Of a DNA stretch of 64,000 nucleotides, positions 18,022-26,191 are shown piece after piece (the stretch's first letter is position 1; each line of letters starts with the position of its first letter). Position numbers and translations under genes: made by a program. The notes under the pieces are model-generated. The model made no database searches. It saw only the letters and a program-made list of their open reading frames with translations, and was not told where the DNA came from. Origin of the DNA: Dehalococcoidales bacterium (GTDB lineage: Bacteria > Chloroflexota > Dehalococcoidia > Dehalococcoidales > RBG-16-60-22); the NCBI GenBank assembly GCA_041652735.1, contig JBAZGT010000003.1, forward strand, positions 49,485 to 113,484, in the 5' to 3' direction.

Positions 18022-19359
18022 ATGGAAGGCATCGCTAACTGGGAAAACCTGACGTGGCAGGAAAAGCGGGAAGCGCGCTTTAAGAAATGGCTGGATGCCC
18101 CCGGCGTCAGCTTTAAAAGCCCGGCGGCTAAACAGGCCTACCGCCAGCGCGTGACGCGCTTTATCAAGGTCATCAAGCTGGAAGAGCCGGACCGCGTGCC
18201 GGTAATGTTGCCCTCCGGCTATTACCCGGCCGTTTACGCCGGCTATTCGCTGAAAGAGGTCATGTACGATTACCAGAAGCTGGCGGACGCCTGGCGCAAG
18301 TTCAACCGCGACTTCCAGCCGGACAGCTACTCCGGCCCCGGCCTGGTCTATCCCGGCCGCGTTCTGGAGAAAATAGGCCACAAGCTGCATAAGTGGCCCG
18401 GCCACGGCCTCCCGGACGATGCCTCCATGTACCAGTTCGTCGAAGGGGTTTACATGCAGCCGGAAGAGTTCGACGACTTTCTGGAGAACCCCACCGAGTA
18501 CTGGGAAAAGGTCTTTCTGCCCCGCACCGCCGGCGCCCTGGAGGCGTTTAAATACATCACCCCCTTCAGCCCCGTCCTCACCAATCCCCTGGGCTGGATC
18601 ATGTCCTTCTCCCGGCCGGACGTGCAAAAAGCCTTCGAGACGGTGCTGGAGGCCGGGAAGGAGATAGCTAAATGGCGTGACGCCGTGGGCGCCGTCAGCC
18701 GCGAGGCGCTGGAGGAAGGGTTTGCCTCTCTGGGTGGGGGCGGCATGGCCGGCGCGCCCTTTGATAACCTTTCCGATGTCCTGCGTGGCACCCAGGGCAT
18801 CGTCATGGACATGTTCCGCCGGCCGGAGAAAATCAAGGAAGCCATGGAACGCCTGGTGCCCGTTATCGTCAAGGGGGCGGTCAAGGGCGCGGACGCGTCT
18901 TTGAGCCCGGTGGTCTCCATGCCCCTGCACAAAGGGGAAAACAGCTTCATGTCCGGCAAACAGTTCGAGGAGTTTTACTGGCCCACTTTCAAGAAAGTAT
19001 TGCTGGGTATGATTAACGAGGGGCTGGTGCCCATGCCCTTCGCCGAGGGCAATTATGAGCCGCGGCTGGACATTATCAAAGACATGCCGCGGTCGTCCGT
19101 CATCTGGTACTTTGAGGTTATGGATATGGCCAAAGCCAAACAGGCCCTCGGCGGCGTGGCCTGTATCGCCGGCAACGTGCCGGCCTCCCTGCTGGTCACT
19201 AGCACGCCTGTAATCGTTAAGGAGGCCTGCCGCAAGCTTATTGAGACCTGTGCTAAGGGCGGCGGCTATATTTTGACTGGAGCGGCCAGCGTCAGCAAAT
19301 GCAATCCGGCCAATCTCCATGCCATGATGGCGGCGGCGGAAGAGTACGGCAAGTATTAG
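18022..19359 (+). CDS. URO-D/MtaA-like methyltransferase, paralogue 6 of 7
   Basis: 445 aa with MEGIANWENLTWQEKREARFKKWL and PLHKGENSFMSGKQFEEFYWPTF. Confidence 0.85.
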   Translation: MEGIANWENLTWQEKREARFKKWLDAPGVSFKSPAAKQAYRQRVTRFIKVIKLEEPDRVPVMLPSGYYPAVYAGYSLKEVMYDYQKLADAWRKFNRDFQPDSYSGPGLVYPGRVLEKIGHKLHKWPGHGLPDDASMYQFVEGVYMQPEEFDDFLENPTEYWEKVFLPRTAGALEAFKYITPFSPVLTNPLGWIMSFSRPDVQKAFETVLEAGKEIAKWRDAVGAVSREALEEGFASLGGGGMAGAPFDNLSDVLRGTQGIVMDMFRRPEKIKEAMERLVPVIVKGAVKGADASLSPVVSMPLHKGENSFMSGKQFEEFYWPTFKKVLLGMINEGLVPMPFAEGNYEPRLDIIKDMPRSSVIWYFEVMDMAKAKQALGGVACIAGNVPASLLVTSTPVIVKEACRKLIETCAKGGGYILTGAASVSKCNPANLHAMMAAAEEYGKY

Positions 19360-19381
19360 GGGTAAAGGGAGAGTTTTACGG

Positions 19382-19446
19382 CAAACAGTAAACGGTTGCT
19401 CCCCCTCTTTCCCCCCCAAACTGAAAACTGTCCACTGTAAACTAAC
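19382..19446. repeat. family A repeat
   Basis: caaacagtaaacggttgct-ccccctctttccccccc-aaactgaaaactgtccactgtaaactaac. Confidence 0.8.
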
Positions 19447-19518
19447 TACTCACTTTAGTTGATTCAGCGGATTCTCCTCTTCCTTTGATGGAGTAAAATA
19501 ACAGGGAGGGCTGCGAAG

Positions 19519-20847
19519 ATGGAAAAACAATGGGCGGAATTGACCTGGCAGGAAAAACGGGAGGAGCGCTTCAAGCGCTGGCTCAATCCCGAGGTCAAGT
19601 TTAACAGCAAGGCGGCGGAGAAGCTCTATAAAGACAGGGCTACCCGCTTTATCAAGGCCGTCAAGCTGGAGGAGCCGGACCGCGTGCCCTGCATGTTGCC
19701 CTCCGGCATGTACCCCGCCTTTTACGCCGGCTATACCCTCAAAGACATCATGTATGACTACGCCAAGATGAAAGAGGCTTACCTCAAGTTTGTGGCTGAT
19801 TTTGATATGGACACCTATACCGGCCCCGCCCTGGTTTTCCCCGGTAAGGTCCTGGATATGACTGACCACCGTCTGCACAAGTGGCCCGGGCACGGTTTGC
19901 CGGATAACGCTTCTCTCTACCAGTACGTGGAAAAAGACTACATGAAAGCGGACGAGTACCCCCTGCTGCTCGGCAATCCGGCGGACTTCTGGTGGCGCTA
20001 TCTCCTGCCGCGGGTGGTGGGGGCCCTGGAGCCTTTCCGCAAGCTGCCCCAGATGAACGGCATGATGGGCATACCCATCATGTTCTACGGGGCCATGGCG
20101 GAGCCGGACGTCGAGCAGGCTTTCAAAACGATGATTGAGGCCGGCAAAGAGGTGCGACGGTGGCAGCAGGCGGTCGGGGAAATCGGTATGGCTACCCTCG
20201 CCGCCGGTGTTCCCAACCTGCGCGGCGGCGGCATGGGCGGCGCCCCGTTCGATAGCGTGGCGGACATGCTGCGCGGGACGCAGGGCATGGTCATGGATAT
20301 GTACCGCCAGCCGGAAAGACTGCATGAAGCCATGGAGATAGTCATCCCTAACACGATTAAGAGCGCGGTGGCCGCGGCTGATGCTTCCGGCTGTCCGTTC
20401 TGCTTTATGCCCCTGCACAAGGGCGATGAGAGCTTCATGTCCCCCAAGCAGTTCGAGACTTTTTACTGGCCCAGCTACCGGCGCGTGCTCATGGGCATGG
20501 TCGAGGAGGGGCTGGTGCCCTATCCCTTCGCGGAGGGGCGTTATGGCGCCAGACTTGATATAATAAAAGATATGCCCCGCGGCTCGGTGCTGTGGTCGTT
20601 CGAGGATATTGACATGGCGCGGGCGAAGAAGGTCCTGGGTGATACCGCCTGCATCGCCGGCAATGTCCCGTCCTCGGTCTTATACACTAAAACTCCCGCG
20701 GAGGTGAAGGAATACTGCCGTAAGCTTATCGAGACCTGCGCCCCCGGCGGCGGCTATATCCTGACCGGAGCGGCCGGCATGAACGAGGGCAACCCTGAAA
20801 ATCTGCGGGCGGTGATGGCAGCCGCCGTTGAATACGGAGTCTATTAA
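19519..20847 (+). CDS. URO-D/MtaA-like methyltransferase, paralogue 7 of 7
   Basis: 442 aa with MEKQWAELTWQEKREERFKRWL and PLHKGDESFMSPKQFETFYWPSY. Confidence 0.85.
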   Translation: MEKQWAELTWQEKREERFKRWLNPEVKFNSKAAEKLYKDRATRFIKAVKLEEPDRVPCMLPSGMYPAFYAGYTLKDIMYDYAKMKEAYLKFVADFDMDTYTGPALVFPGKVLDMTDHRLHKWPGHGLPDNASLYQYVEKDYMKADEYPLLLGNPADFWWRYLLPRVVGALEPFRKLPQMNGMMGIPIMFYGAMAEPDVEQAFKTMIEAGKEVRRWQQAVGEIGMATLAAGVPNLRGGGMGGAPFDSVADMLRGTQGMVMDMYRQPERLHEAMEIVIPNTIKSAVAAADASGCPFCFMPLHKGDESFMSPKQFETFYWPSYRRVLMGMVEEGLVPYPFAEGRYGARLDIIKDMPRGSVLWSFEDIDMARAKKVLGDTACIAGNVPSSVLYTKTPAEVKEYCRKLIETCAPGGGYILTGAAGMNEGNPENLRAVMAAAVEYGVY

Positions 20848-20866
20848 CTGGAACAGGAGAAAAAAT

Positions 20867-21739
20867 ATGGAAACAAAAGTATCTACACCCACCCGGGAAG
20901 TCATTATCTCCTACGACCGCCCCACGGTCATTATCGGCGAGCGCATCAACCCCACCGGCAAGAAGAAACTGCAGGAAGCGCTTAAGACCGGAGACCTTTC
21001 CATCGTGAAAAAGGAAGCGCTGGAGCAGGTGGCCGCCGGCGCCACTATTCTCGATTGTAACGTCAATGCCCCGGGCGTGGACGATGTCAAACTCCTGCCG
21101 GAGGCTATTAAAGTTATCCAGGACGCGGTGGACGTGCCTATCTGTATCGATAGCCCCAACGCCGCCGCCCTGGCCGCCGGACTGAAGGTCTATAAGGGCA
21201 AGCCGCTGGTCAACTCCATCAGCGGGGAAAAGGCCCGCCTGGAGCGCGTCCTGCCCCTGATTAAAGAGTACGGCGCCGCCGTTATCGGCCTCGCCCAGGA
21301 CGATGAGGGCATTCCCAAGACCACCGCGCGCCGCGTGGCCATCACCTACAAGATTGTAGAAGCCTGTGAAAAAATGGGCGTCCCCCGGGAAGATATCGTT
21401 ATAGACGTTATGACTTACGCTATCGGCGCCGAACCCAAAGCGGCCATCGACGTGCTTAACGCCCTGCGCCAGATTCGTACCGAGCTTGGCCTGAACATGA
21501 CCATGGGCGCCTCCAACATCTCCTTCGGCATGCCGGACCGGCTGATTCTGAACAACGCCTGGATGGCCATGGTTATCGAAGCCGGCGGCACCGCTCTGAT
21601 TGCCGACGCCGCTAAAGTGCTTCCGGCCGTGCTCTCCGCCGACCTCGTTCTCGGCCGCGACCGCTTTGCCCGCCGCTACCTGGCCGACCACCGCAAACGC
21701 GCCGAACTGGCCGCCCAGGCTGCCCAGCAGGCAAAATAA
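20867..21739 (+). CDS. pterin-binding methyltransferase (methyl-corrinoid:tetrahydrofolate methyltransferase, MeTr/AcsE/MtrH-like)
   Basis: ATG 20867 follows caggaga. METKVSTPTREVIISYDRPTVIIGERINPTGKKKL... with the GERINPTG start of a DHPS-like pterin-binding TIM barrel, and MGASNISFGMP. Confidence 0.85.
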   Translation: METKVSTPTREVIISYDRPTVIIGERINPTGKKKLQEALKTGDLSIVKKEALEQVAAGATILDCNVNAPGVDDVKLLPEAIKVIQDAVDVPICIDSPNAAALAAGLKVYKGKPLVNSISGEKARLERVLPLIKEYGAAVIGLAQDDEGIPKTTARRVAITYKIVEACEKMGVPREDIVIDVMTYAIGAEPKAAIDVLNALRQIRTELGLNMTMGASNISFGMPDRLILNNAWMAMVIEAGGTALIADAAKVLPAVLSADLVLGRDRFARRYLADHRKRAELAAQAAQQAK

Positions 21740-21745
21740 TAGAAT

Positions 21746-21793
21746 GTCATCCTGAGAGTTTATCCTGAGCTGGTCAAAGGGCAGCCAAGAATC
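21746..21793. repeat. family B repeat (GTCATCCTGAG type) followed by G-rich tract
   Basis: gtcatcctgagagtttatcctgagctggtcaaagggcagccaagaatc, then ccggggcggggtggggg. Confidence 0.7.
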
Positions 21794-21877
21794 CCGGGGC
21801 GGGGTGGGGGTAAAGCGCCCTCCCCCTACTCTTGACACTCATTGATGAAAGGGCATATACTTAAAACTGCGTCTCAA

Positions 21878-21952
21878 CGCGGGGTAGAGCAGTGGTAGCT
21901 CGTCGGGCTCATAACCCGGAGGCCGTTGGTTCGAATCCAACCCCCGCTACCA
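21878..21952 (+). tRNA. tRNA-Met (CAT), initiator type
   Basis: Hand-folded: acceptor CGCGGGG/CCCCGCT with a C1xU72 mismatch, D stem GAGC/GCTC, anticodon stem with three G-C pairs next to loop CTCATAA, T arm GTTGG-TTCGAAT-CCAAC, discriminator A, encoded CCA. Confidence 0.88.
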
Positions 21953-21953
21953 A
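21916..21953. repeat. attL: 38-bp direct repeat (3' part of tRNA-Met)
   Basis: ccggaggccgttggttcgaatccaacccccgctaccaa matches 30585-30622 with 2 mismatches. A 20-bp identical core is aatccaacccccgctaccaa. Confidence 0.85.
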
Positions 21954-21990
21954 GAACCGTACAGCCCGCTTGAGCTTCGGCAATCTCGCC

Positions 21991-22434
21991 CTAGCTCACC
22001 AAAGCGGGCTTTTTCGTGCCCCTCGCGCCTGCGCCTTTGACTGCCGCGACCTTACTAGCCTTGAGCTTTTCGACCTTTGGGGTTGACCCGGTAACGGCCT
22101 TGCCCTTGTGCGACGCCTTTTCGGATGCCTTCTGAACCTTCGCCGCCTCCGCCTTCGCCTTGTCGGCAACCTTCTTGGCCTCCGCCCTCGCTGTTCTTTC
22201 CGCCTCTTTCTTGGCGGCCCTCTCGGCCTTCTCTTTGGCCCTCTGCTCCTTGGCCGCCTGGCGTTCTGCGAGGAACCTGCTGGGCGGCAGCGCGATGACG
22301 CCGATGTCCAGGCCGTAGTGAGTGGCGACGGCGTTGTTTAGAAACGCATCCCAACTCATATCGCCCTTCGTCTTGTTGAGCAGGGCAAGCCCCTGCTCCG
22401 TTGTCCTGGCGCTGTAAACGTAATGCTTGTCCAT
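21991..22434 (-). CDS. hypothetical protein with Lys/Ala-rich (histone H1-like) C-terminal tail
   Basis: 147 aa. The N-terminal approximately 60 aa look globular, followed by AKEQRAKEKAERAAKKEAERTARAEAKKVADKAKAEAAKVQKASEKASHKGK... Function unknown. Confidence 0.5.
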   Translation of the reverse strand: MDKHYVYSARTTEQGLALLNKTKGDMSWDAFLNNAVATHYGLDIGVIALPPSRFLAERQAAKEQRAKEKAERAAKKEAERTARAEAKKVADKAKAEAAKVQKASEKASHKGKAVTGSTPKVEKLKASKVAAVKGAGARGTKKPALVS

Positions 22435-22747
22435 CCGATTCTCCCTTAGGCCGCCTCCCTTCGTGGTGAGGCCTTACACCTATATTGAATTATGGCGAGA
22501 ATCTGGACGCACGGGGATGGGAGATTAGTCCTATGCCCAACCGAGAGGAAAGTCCTATGGAGATGTCTTGCCTCCAATAGCGGAGGCCCGAAATCTCGAT
22601 GTGGGTTGTGTGGAATATGCCAAAATGAGGCTCTTATTGGGATTGTGGGCGGGAGCACGATAACCCTCACGAGAGGCGCGGAAGGCCTCCACCCTTGACG
22701 TGGTGCGTCGCGAGAGCATCGCAGGTCATTTTCAGTTGCAGGTGCCT

Positions 22748-23296
22748 TTACTTCAGGGAACGCGGGTTCAGCCTCCCGCGCCTGCCCCCGGTGGCGATGT
22801 ACCTTTGCCTGTCCTCTTCGGCGCATTTCCGGCAGCGCCTGTAGCCCTTGCCGTCGATTAAGGGCGCTTCTTCGTCGAAGCGGTGGCCCCTTGTGCATTC
22901 GCCTGCCGGAACCATGTGGTGAAGGTAACGGTGGGCCGTCGCCAGAACCAGGGCGAGATGGGTGGGGCTGGCGCAGAGCTTGTTGCGGCAGAGGTGGTGC
23001 AGGTTGAAACCATTCCCCGACAACCCGCCGCCCGCCAGCAGCCAGACCCAGTTGTAGACTGGCATGGTGAGGTGGGCGTCGCCTGCAAGCGCCACCAAGA
23101 CGCCGTAACCGTCGTTGGCCACCCTGCCCTTCCACTGCCAGCACCTGGTGGGCATAGCAGGCATCATCGGGCCTGCCGTGTCCACAGATATGTCCAGTTG
23201 CCGCCGCGCGTCCGCCAGGACCAGATTGACGTCGGCTTCCGACATTCTTCCGGCCTTCAGGTCTTCGGCGTTCACCAGCCTTTTGCCGTCTGCCAT
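22748..23296 (-). CDS. HNH endonuclease
   Basis: 182 aa with CWQWKG...DGYG and the HHLCRNKLCASPTHL HNH core, plus a C-terminal CxxGH...CRKC zinc-finger-like segment. Confidence 0.8.
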   Translation of the reverse strand: MADGKRLVNAEDLKAGRMSEADVNLVLADARRQLDISVDTAGPMMPAMPTRCWQWKGRVANDGYGVLVALAGDAHLTMPVYNWVWLLAGGGLSGNGFNLHHLCRNKLCASPTHLALVLATAHRYLHHMVPAGECTRGHRFDEEAPLIDGKGYRRCRKCAEEDRQRYIATGGRRGRLNPRSLK

Positions 23297-23457
23297 GTTG
23301 CGTCATCCCGTTTCCATTTTTCGCGACTGCCTGGAAAAGAGGAAGGGCCAGACCTGCCGCCCGGCCCCTCCCGTGAAAGGAGACCGCCTGTCCGCGTTAC
23401 CGGACAGGCTTAGGCCCGGAAGTTCGCATGGCCGCTTCCGGGCCGCGTGCCTGCCTG

Positions 23458-23646
23458 TTACCGCGCCTTCAGCGATTCGATGCGCCGTTTCAGGCCCTCC
23501 AGCCCGAGCCGCCTCAGCGCCCTCTCGACTTGCGGAACGGGGCAGTCGAAGTGGATTGCCAGCTCCGCCGGAGACCAGCCCTGTTTCTGCATGAGCCGTA
23601 GTTCGCCTTCGTCTATCCTGGCCTTGTCCTGTGTCGATATTGTCAT
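23458..23646 (-). CDS. small HTH protein (excisionase-, small-terminase- or sigma region 4-like; function unresolved)
   Basis: ATG 23646 follows GGGAGA. 62 aa: MTISTQDKARIDEGELRLMQKQGWSPAELAIHFDCPVPQVERALRRLGL. Confidence 0.5.
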   Translation of the reverse strand: MTISTQDKARIDEGELRLMQKQGWSPAELAIHFDCPVPQVERALRRLGLEGLKRRIESLKAR

Positions 23647-23673
23647 GGTCGTCTCCCTGCCTTTCATCCGGCT

Positions 23674-24129
23674 TTAGGTGTCGTCGTTTATGGCGGCGCT
23701 TGCCTCGCCCTGCATGACCCCGAGGGCTATGTCCACGAGGACTTCCGTGGCCAATACCACCTCAACAACCACCCCGGCAATTATGCCTTGGGTAGCAGTC
23801 CCAGCGTCATCTACCGTATCGTCATCGGTCACATAACATTTGATTCCGATGTCCGCCTGCACCAGGTCGGCGGTGGCGAAGGGGAAGGTGCCGCCCTTGA
23901 ACACTCTCACGGACTTGCCACCCTGGCTGTGACCCGTGAGGGTGTTATCGCACTCTTCATACGCGACTCCGAGTAGTACCTTACCGGACGCATTAGTGGC
24001 TGGCTCGGCGTACCCAGAGGCATTGGCAACCACCAATGCCGATTTGAAGATATGAACGTCATCCTCGACGAGGAATGACTGAAGCATGCCAGCGCCTTTT
24101 ACGCTTCTGTTTTTATTTTCTGACAACAT
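23674..24129 (-). CDS. putative head decoration / DUF2190-like capsid accessory protein
   Basis: ATG 24129 follows AGGAGAAAAGACA. The 151-aa product sits directly downstream of the capsid gene. The family call rests on size, position and composition only. Confidence 0.45.
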   Translation of the reverse strand: MLSENKNRSVKGAGMLQSFLVEDDVHIFKSALVVANASGYAEPATNASGKVLLGVAYEECDNTLTGHSQGGKSVRVFKGGTFPFATADLVQADIGIKCYVTDDDTVDDAGTATQGIIAGVVVEVVLATEVLVDIALGVMQGEASAAINDDT

Positions 24130-24287
24130 TGTCTTTTCTCCTATCCGATTTTCGTTTTCTGCGGGGATGGGGGCGGGCGTGCTCATACCCGTCCCCTCTC
24201 CCCTGAAGGAGATACCGCCCGGCCATGTCGAAAAACCGGGCGGGTGCCGCCGCCATGAGTCTAGCGGCGGCACGCCTCCTTTGATTC

Positions 24288-25211
24288 CTAGTCGGAGCAG
24301 TCCACCATCACAGCGCAACGGGGTTCGAGGAGCGCGGCGGCATATCTGCCGGCGACGCCGTAGAAGATGCGCCGGGACATGAAGTTCTCGTCGCTATCTG
24401 GCCTGTCCAGCGCCACCAGTTCCGGCTTCTTCCGCGTCTGAAAGAGCATCGGCTTTAGCTCGTTCTGGGTCGCCAGCAGGTAGAAGTCATGACCCGCGGT
24501 CGCGCCGCTGGTCAAGTAAGGGCTGACGATGATGTTCTTTATAAGCTCCGCCTCCGCCCGTTCGGTTCCGGCAACAGCAGGCAACAGGGCGTTGCGTATC
24601 GGCAGTTCCATCACCGCCGAGCACGCTATGGTGTCGGGCACGAGGTCAAGGTATTCCCCGCGGTCATCGCGGAAGTTTCGCATGCGCTCCACCGCCGCCG
24701 CTATCCCCGCCCGTATCTTGTCGCCGTCGGCGGCGTAGGCCCCGTCGATGATGTTGTCCAGGTTGCCGCTCTTGCCGAAGGCGCGGGTGTCGCTGAAGAA
24801 GTTGACGCCGTCGAAGGTCTTGGTGCCTGACCCGGCGTTGAGAAGCTGGTAAACCAGCTTGGCCGGGTGGTTGGCGCATCTCACCGCCAGTTGGCGAACG
24901 CGGGGCGCGATAAGCCCGTAACGGTCATCCTCGATGACGTTCCTGTCGACTTCGATGGTGCCTTCATAGTTTTTATTGGTTATCTCGTAACCCTTGGCGG
25001 ACATGCCGGATATGACGCGGGTGTCCTTCCATTCGCTCATCGAGGGAACGGCCTCAAGCCAATTATAGCTCTCTTTTTCGCCGGTGCTGTCCACCAGCAG
25101 GCACAGCGCACGCCAGGCAGCCTTTTTGTCGGCCTCGGTGAACGCGCCTGTGAATATGGCGCGGAAGCTCGTGAGCAATCCGGCCGTGAAGTCGCTATTG
25201 ACTAATGCCAC
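24288..25211 (-). CDS. major capsid protein, Mu gpT-like family
   Basis: 307 aa. The block YNWLEAVPSMSEWKDTRVISGMSAKGYEITNKNYEGTIEVDRNVIEDDRYG matches the remembered hallmark of Mu-like gpT head subunits (WLG..P.mrEW.G.R ... y.i.N..fE.ti.v.r..ieDD..G). Confidence 0.75.
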   Translation of the reverse strand: MALVNSDFTAGLLTSFRAIFTGAFTEADKKAAWRALCLLVDSTGEKESYNWLEAVPSMSEWKDTRVISGMSAKGYEITNKNYEGTIEVDRNVIEDDRYGLIAPRVRQLAVRCANHPAKLVYQLLNAGSGTKTFDGVNFFSDTRAFGKSGNLDNIIDGAYAADGDKIRAGIAAAVERMRNFRDDRGEYLDLVPDTIACSAVMELPIRNALLPAVAGTERAEAELIKNIIVSPYLTSGATAGHDFYLLATQNELKPMLFQTRKKPELVALDRPDSDENFMSRRIFYGVAGRYAAALLEPRCAVMVDCSD

Positions 25212-25413
25212 TTTGTGTTTCTCCTTTTCTGTCTTTATTCTGCGGTGGCATCCGGCGGACTTCGGGAGGCTCGTCGCCCGTCTGCGTTATGCTGATTACA
25301 CGTCCGTCCGGCAGTTGCACAAGCCGGAGGTGCGTTTCGGGCAACCCCCTCACGTACCCCTGAAAGGCGGGATTGTCTAGAATACCCGTCCGGTAAAGCG
25401 GTTTTTCGTCCAT
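25195..25413 (-). CDS. hypothetical small protein (72 aa)
   Basis: ATG 25413 follows GGAGGG. It overlaps the capsid gene start by 17 nt. No recognisable motif. Confidence 0.3.
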   Translation of the reverse strand: MDEKPLYRTGILDNPAFQGYVRGLPETHLRLVQLPDGRVISITQTGDEPPEVRRMPPQNKDRKGETQSGISQ

Positions 25414-25593
25414 CGGATACCCTCCATTTCGGAACCTCGTCCATGCGCCGCGCCTATCGCCCCTCATCCGTCCGCCTTGTCGGCGGCGCGGCGTTTGAGT
25501 TCCAGGCCGGATGGCATTTCCGGGTTCCGTTTCGGCAGCTCTGCCTATCGCCGCCATCTTTATTATGCGCCTTCCCTTGAAGAGTGCCCCTTC

Positions 25594-25787
25594 CCTTCGG
25601 ATGCCCTTTGATTTGGTTGAGCCTTCCTCAAGCTCTAAGCCCACATAACCATTGTACGGCATGGGACTCTTTTGCCGATGCTCCTTCGGATGCCGCCAAT
25701 TTTTAGTCTGGCCTTTTTCAGGCTCTAGGGAAGCCACACATAAAGCATAACATGGTAGACCCAAGTGCCAATTTCCCTTCGGATTCC
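25594..25787. repeat. degenerate tandem repeat of about 90 bp (2.1 units), each starting CCTTCGGAT(G/T)CC
   Basis: The 12-mers lie at 25594, 25683 and 25776. The units also share ...caGCTCTAaG...CCACAcATAA...cATGG.aGAC...TGCC.At. Confidence 0.6.
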
Positions 25788-25832
25788 TGTGCTATCACCA
25801 ACGCTCCAAATCAAAGGCGGACTAGAACCGGC

Positions 25833-25860
25833 TTGACGCCGCCGCCCACAGATGTATAAT
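25833..25860 (+). promoter_or_regulatory. promoter of the XRE repressor gene, probably giving a leaderless mRNA
   Basis: TTGACG, 16-nt spacer, TATAAT. The ATG (25871) starts 10 nt after the -10 with no SD sequence. Confidence 0.5.
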
Positions 25861-25870
25861 AAAATTATAC

Positions 25871-26164
25871 ATGTCAAGGTTCGAAGTGACGGGGGAAGAA
25901 CTTAGGGTTAAGAGGGTGCTGGCACGGCTCACGCTGGCCGAGGTCGCGGAGATGGCGGGGATGTCGGCAAGCCGCCTGTGCAACTATGAGAACGGCGTCC
26001 ATAAACCCAACGAAGAATCCCTGAAGAGGGTGGCGGACGCCATAGGCAGGCTTTCCAAGTTTGGTAGGACAATACATGACGGCGGGAACAGGCTGCTTTT
26101 GAAACCGAAGGGCAACACTGGCAGGGTGAAGGTCTACAGGATGCCGCCGCTTCTCCGGCAATGA
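25871..26164 (+). CDS. XRE/cI-type HTH transcriptional repressor
   Basis: 97 aa with LTLAEVAEMAGMSASRLCNYENGVHKPNEESLKRVADAI, a classic XRE HTH. It is divergent from the capsid operon. Confidence 0.8.
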   Translation: MSRFEVTGEELRVKRVLARLTLAEVAEMAGMSASRLCNYENGVHKPNEESLKRVADAIGRLSKFGRTIHDGGNRLLLKPKGNTGRVKVYRMPPLLRQ

Positions 26165-26191
26165 CCTCTAAAAGAAGGCGTGTGTTTGGCC

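Noticed and set aside
22446-23594. ORFs 22446-23306 (-), 22883-23413 (+) and 23115-23594 (+) inside the island.
   Set aside because: They overlap the motif-bearing HNH gene and the small HTH gene in other frames and give Arg/Pro-rich products. The part at 22446-22747 is better treated as non-coding.
25195-25764. 189-aa ORF upstream of the capsid gene, as a possible scaffold or protease.
   Set aside because: Its N-terminal two thirds run through the ~90-bp tandem repeats and are Arg/Gly-rich. Only the last 72 codons (from ATG 25413, which has an RBS) are kept, at low confidence.
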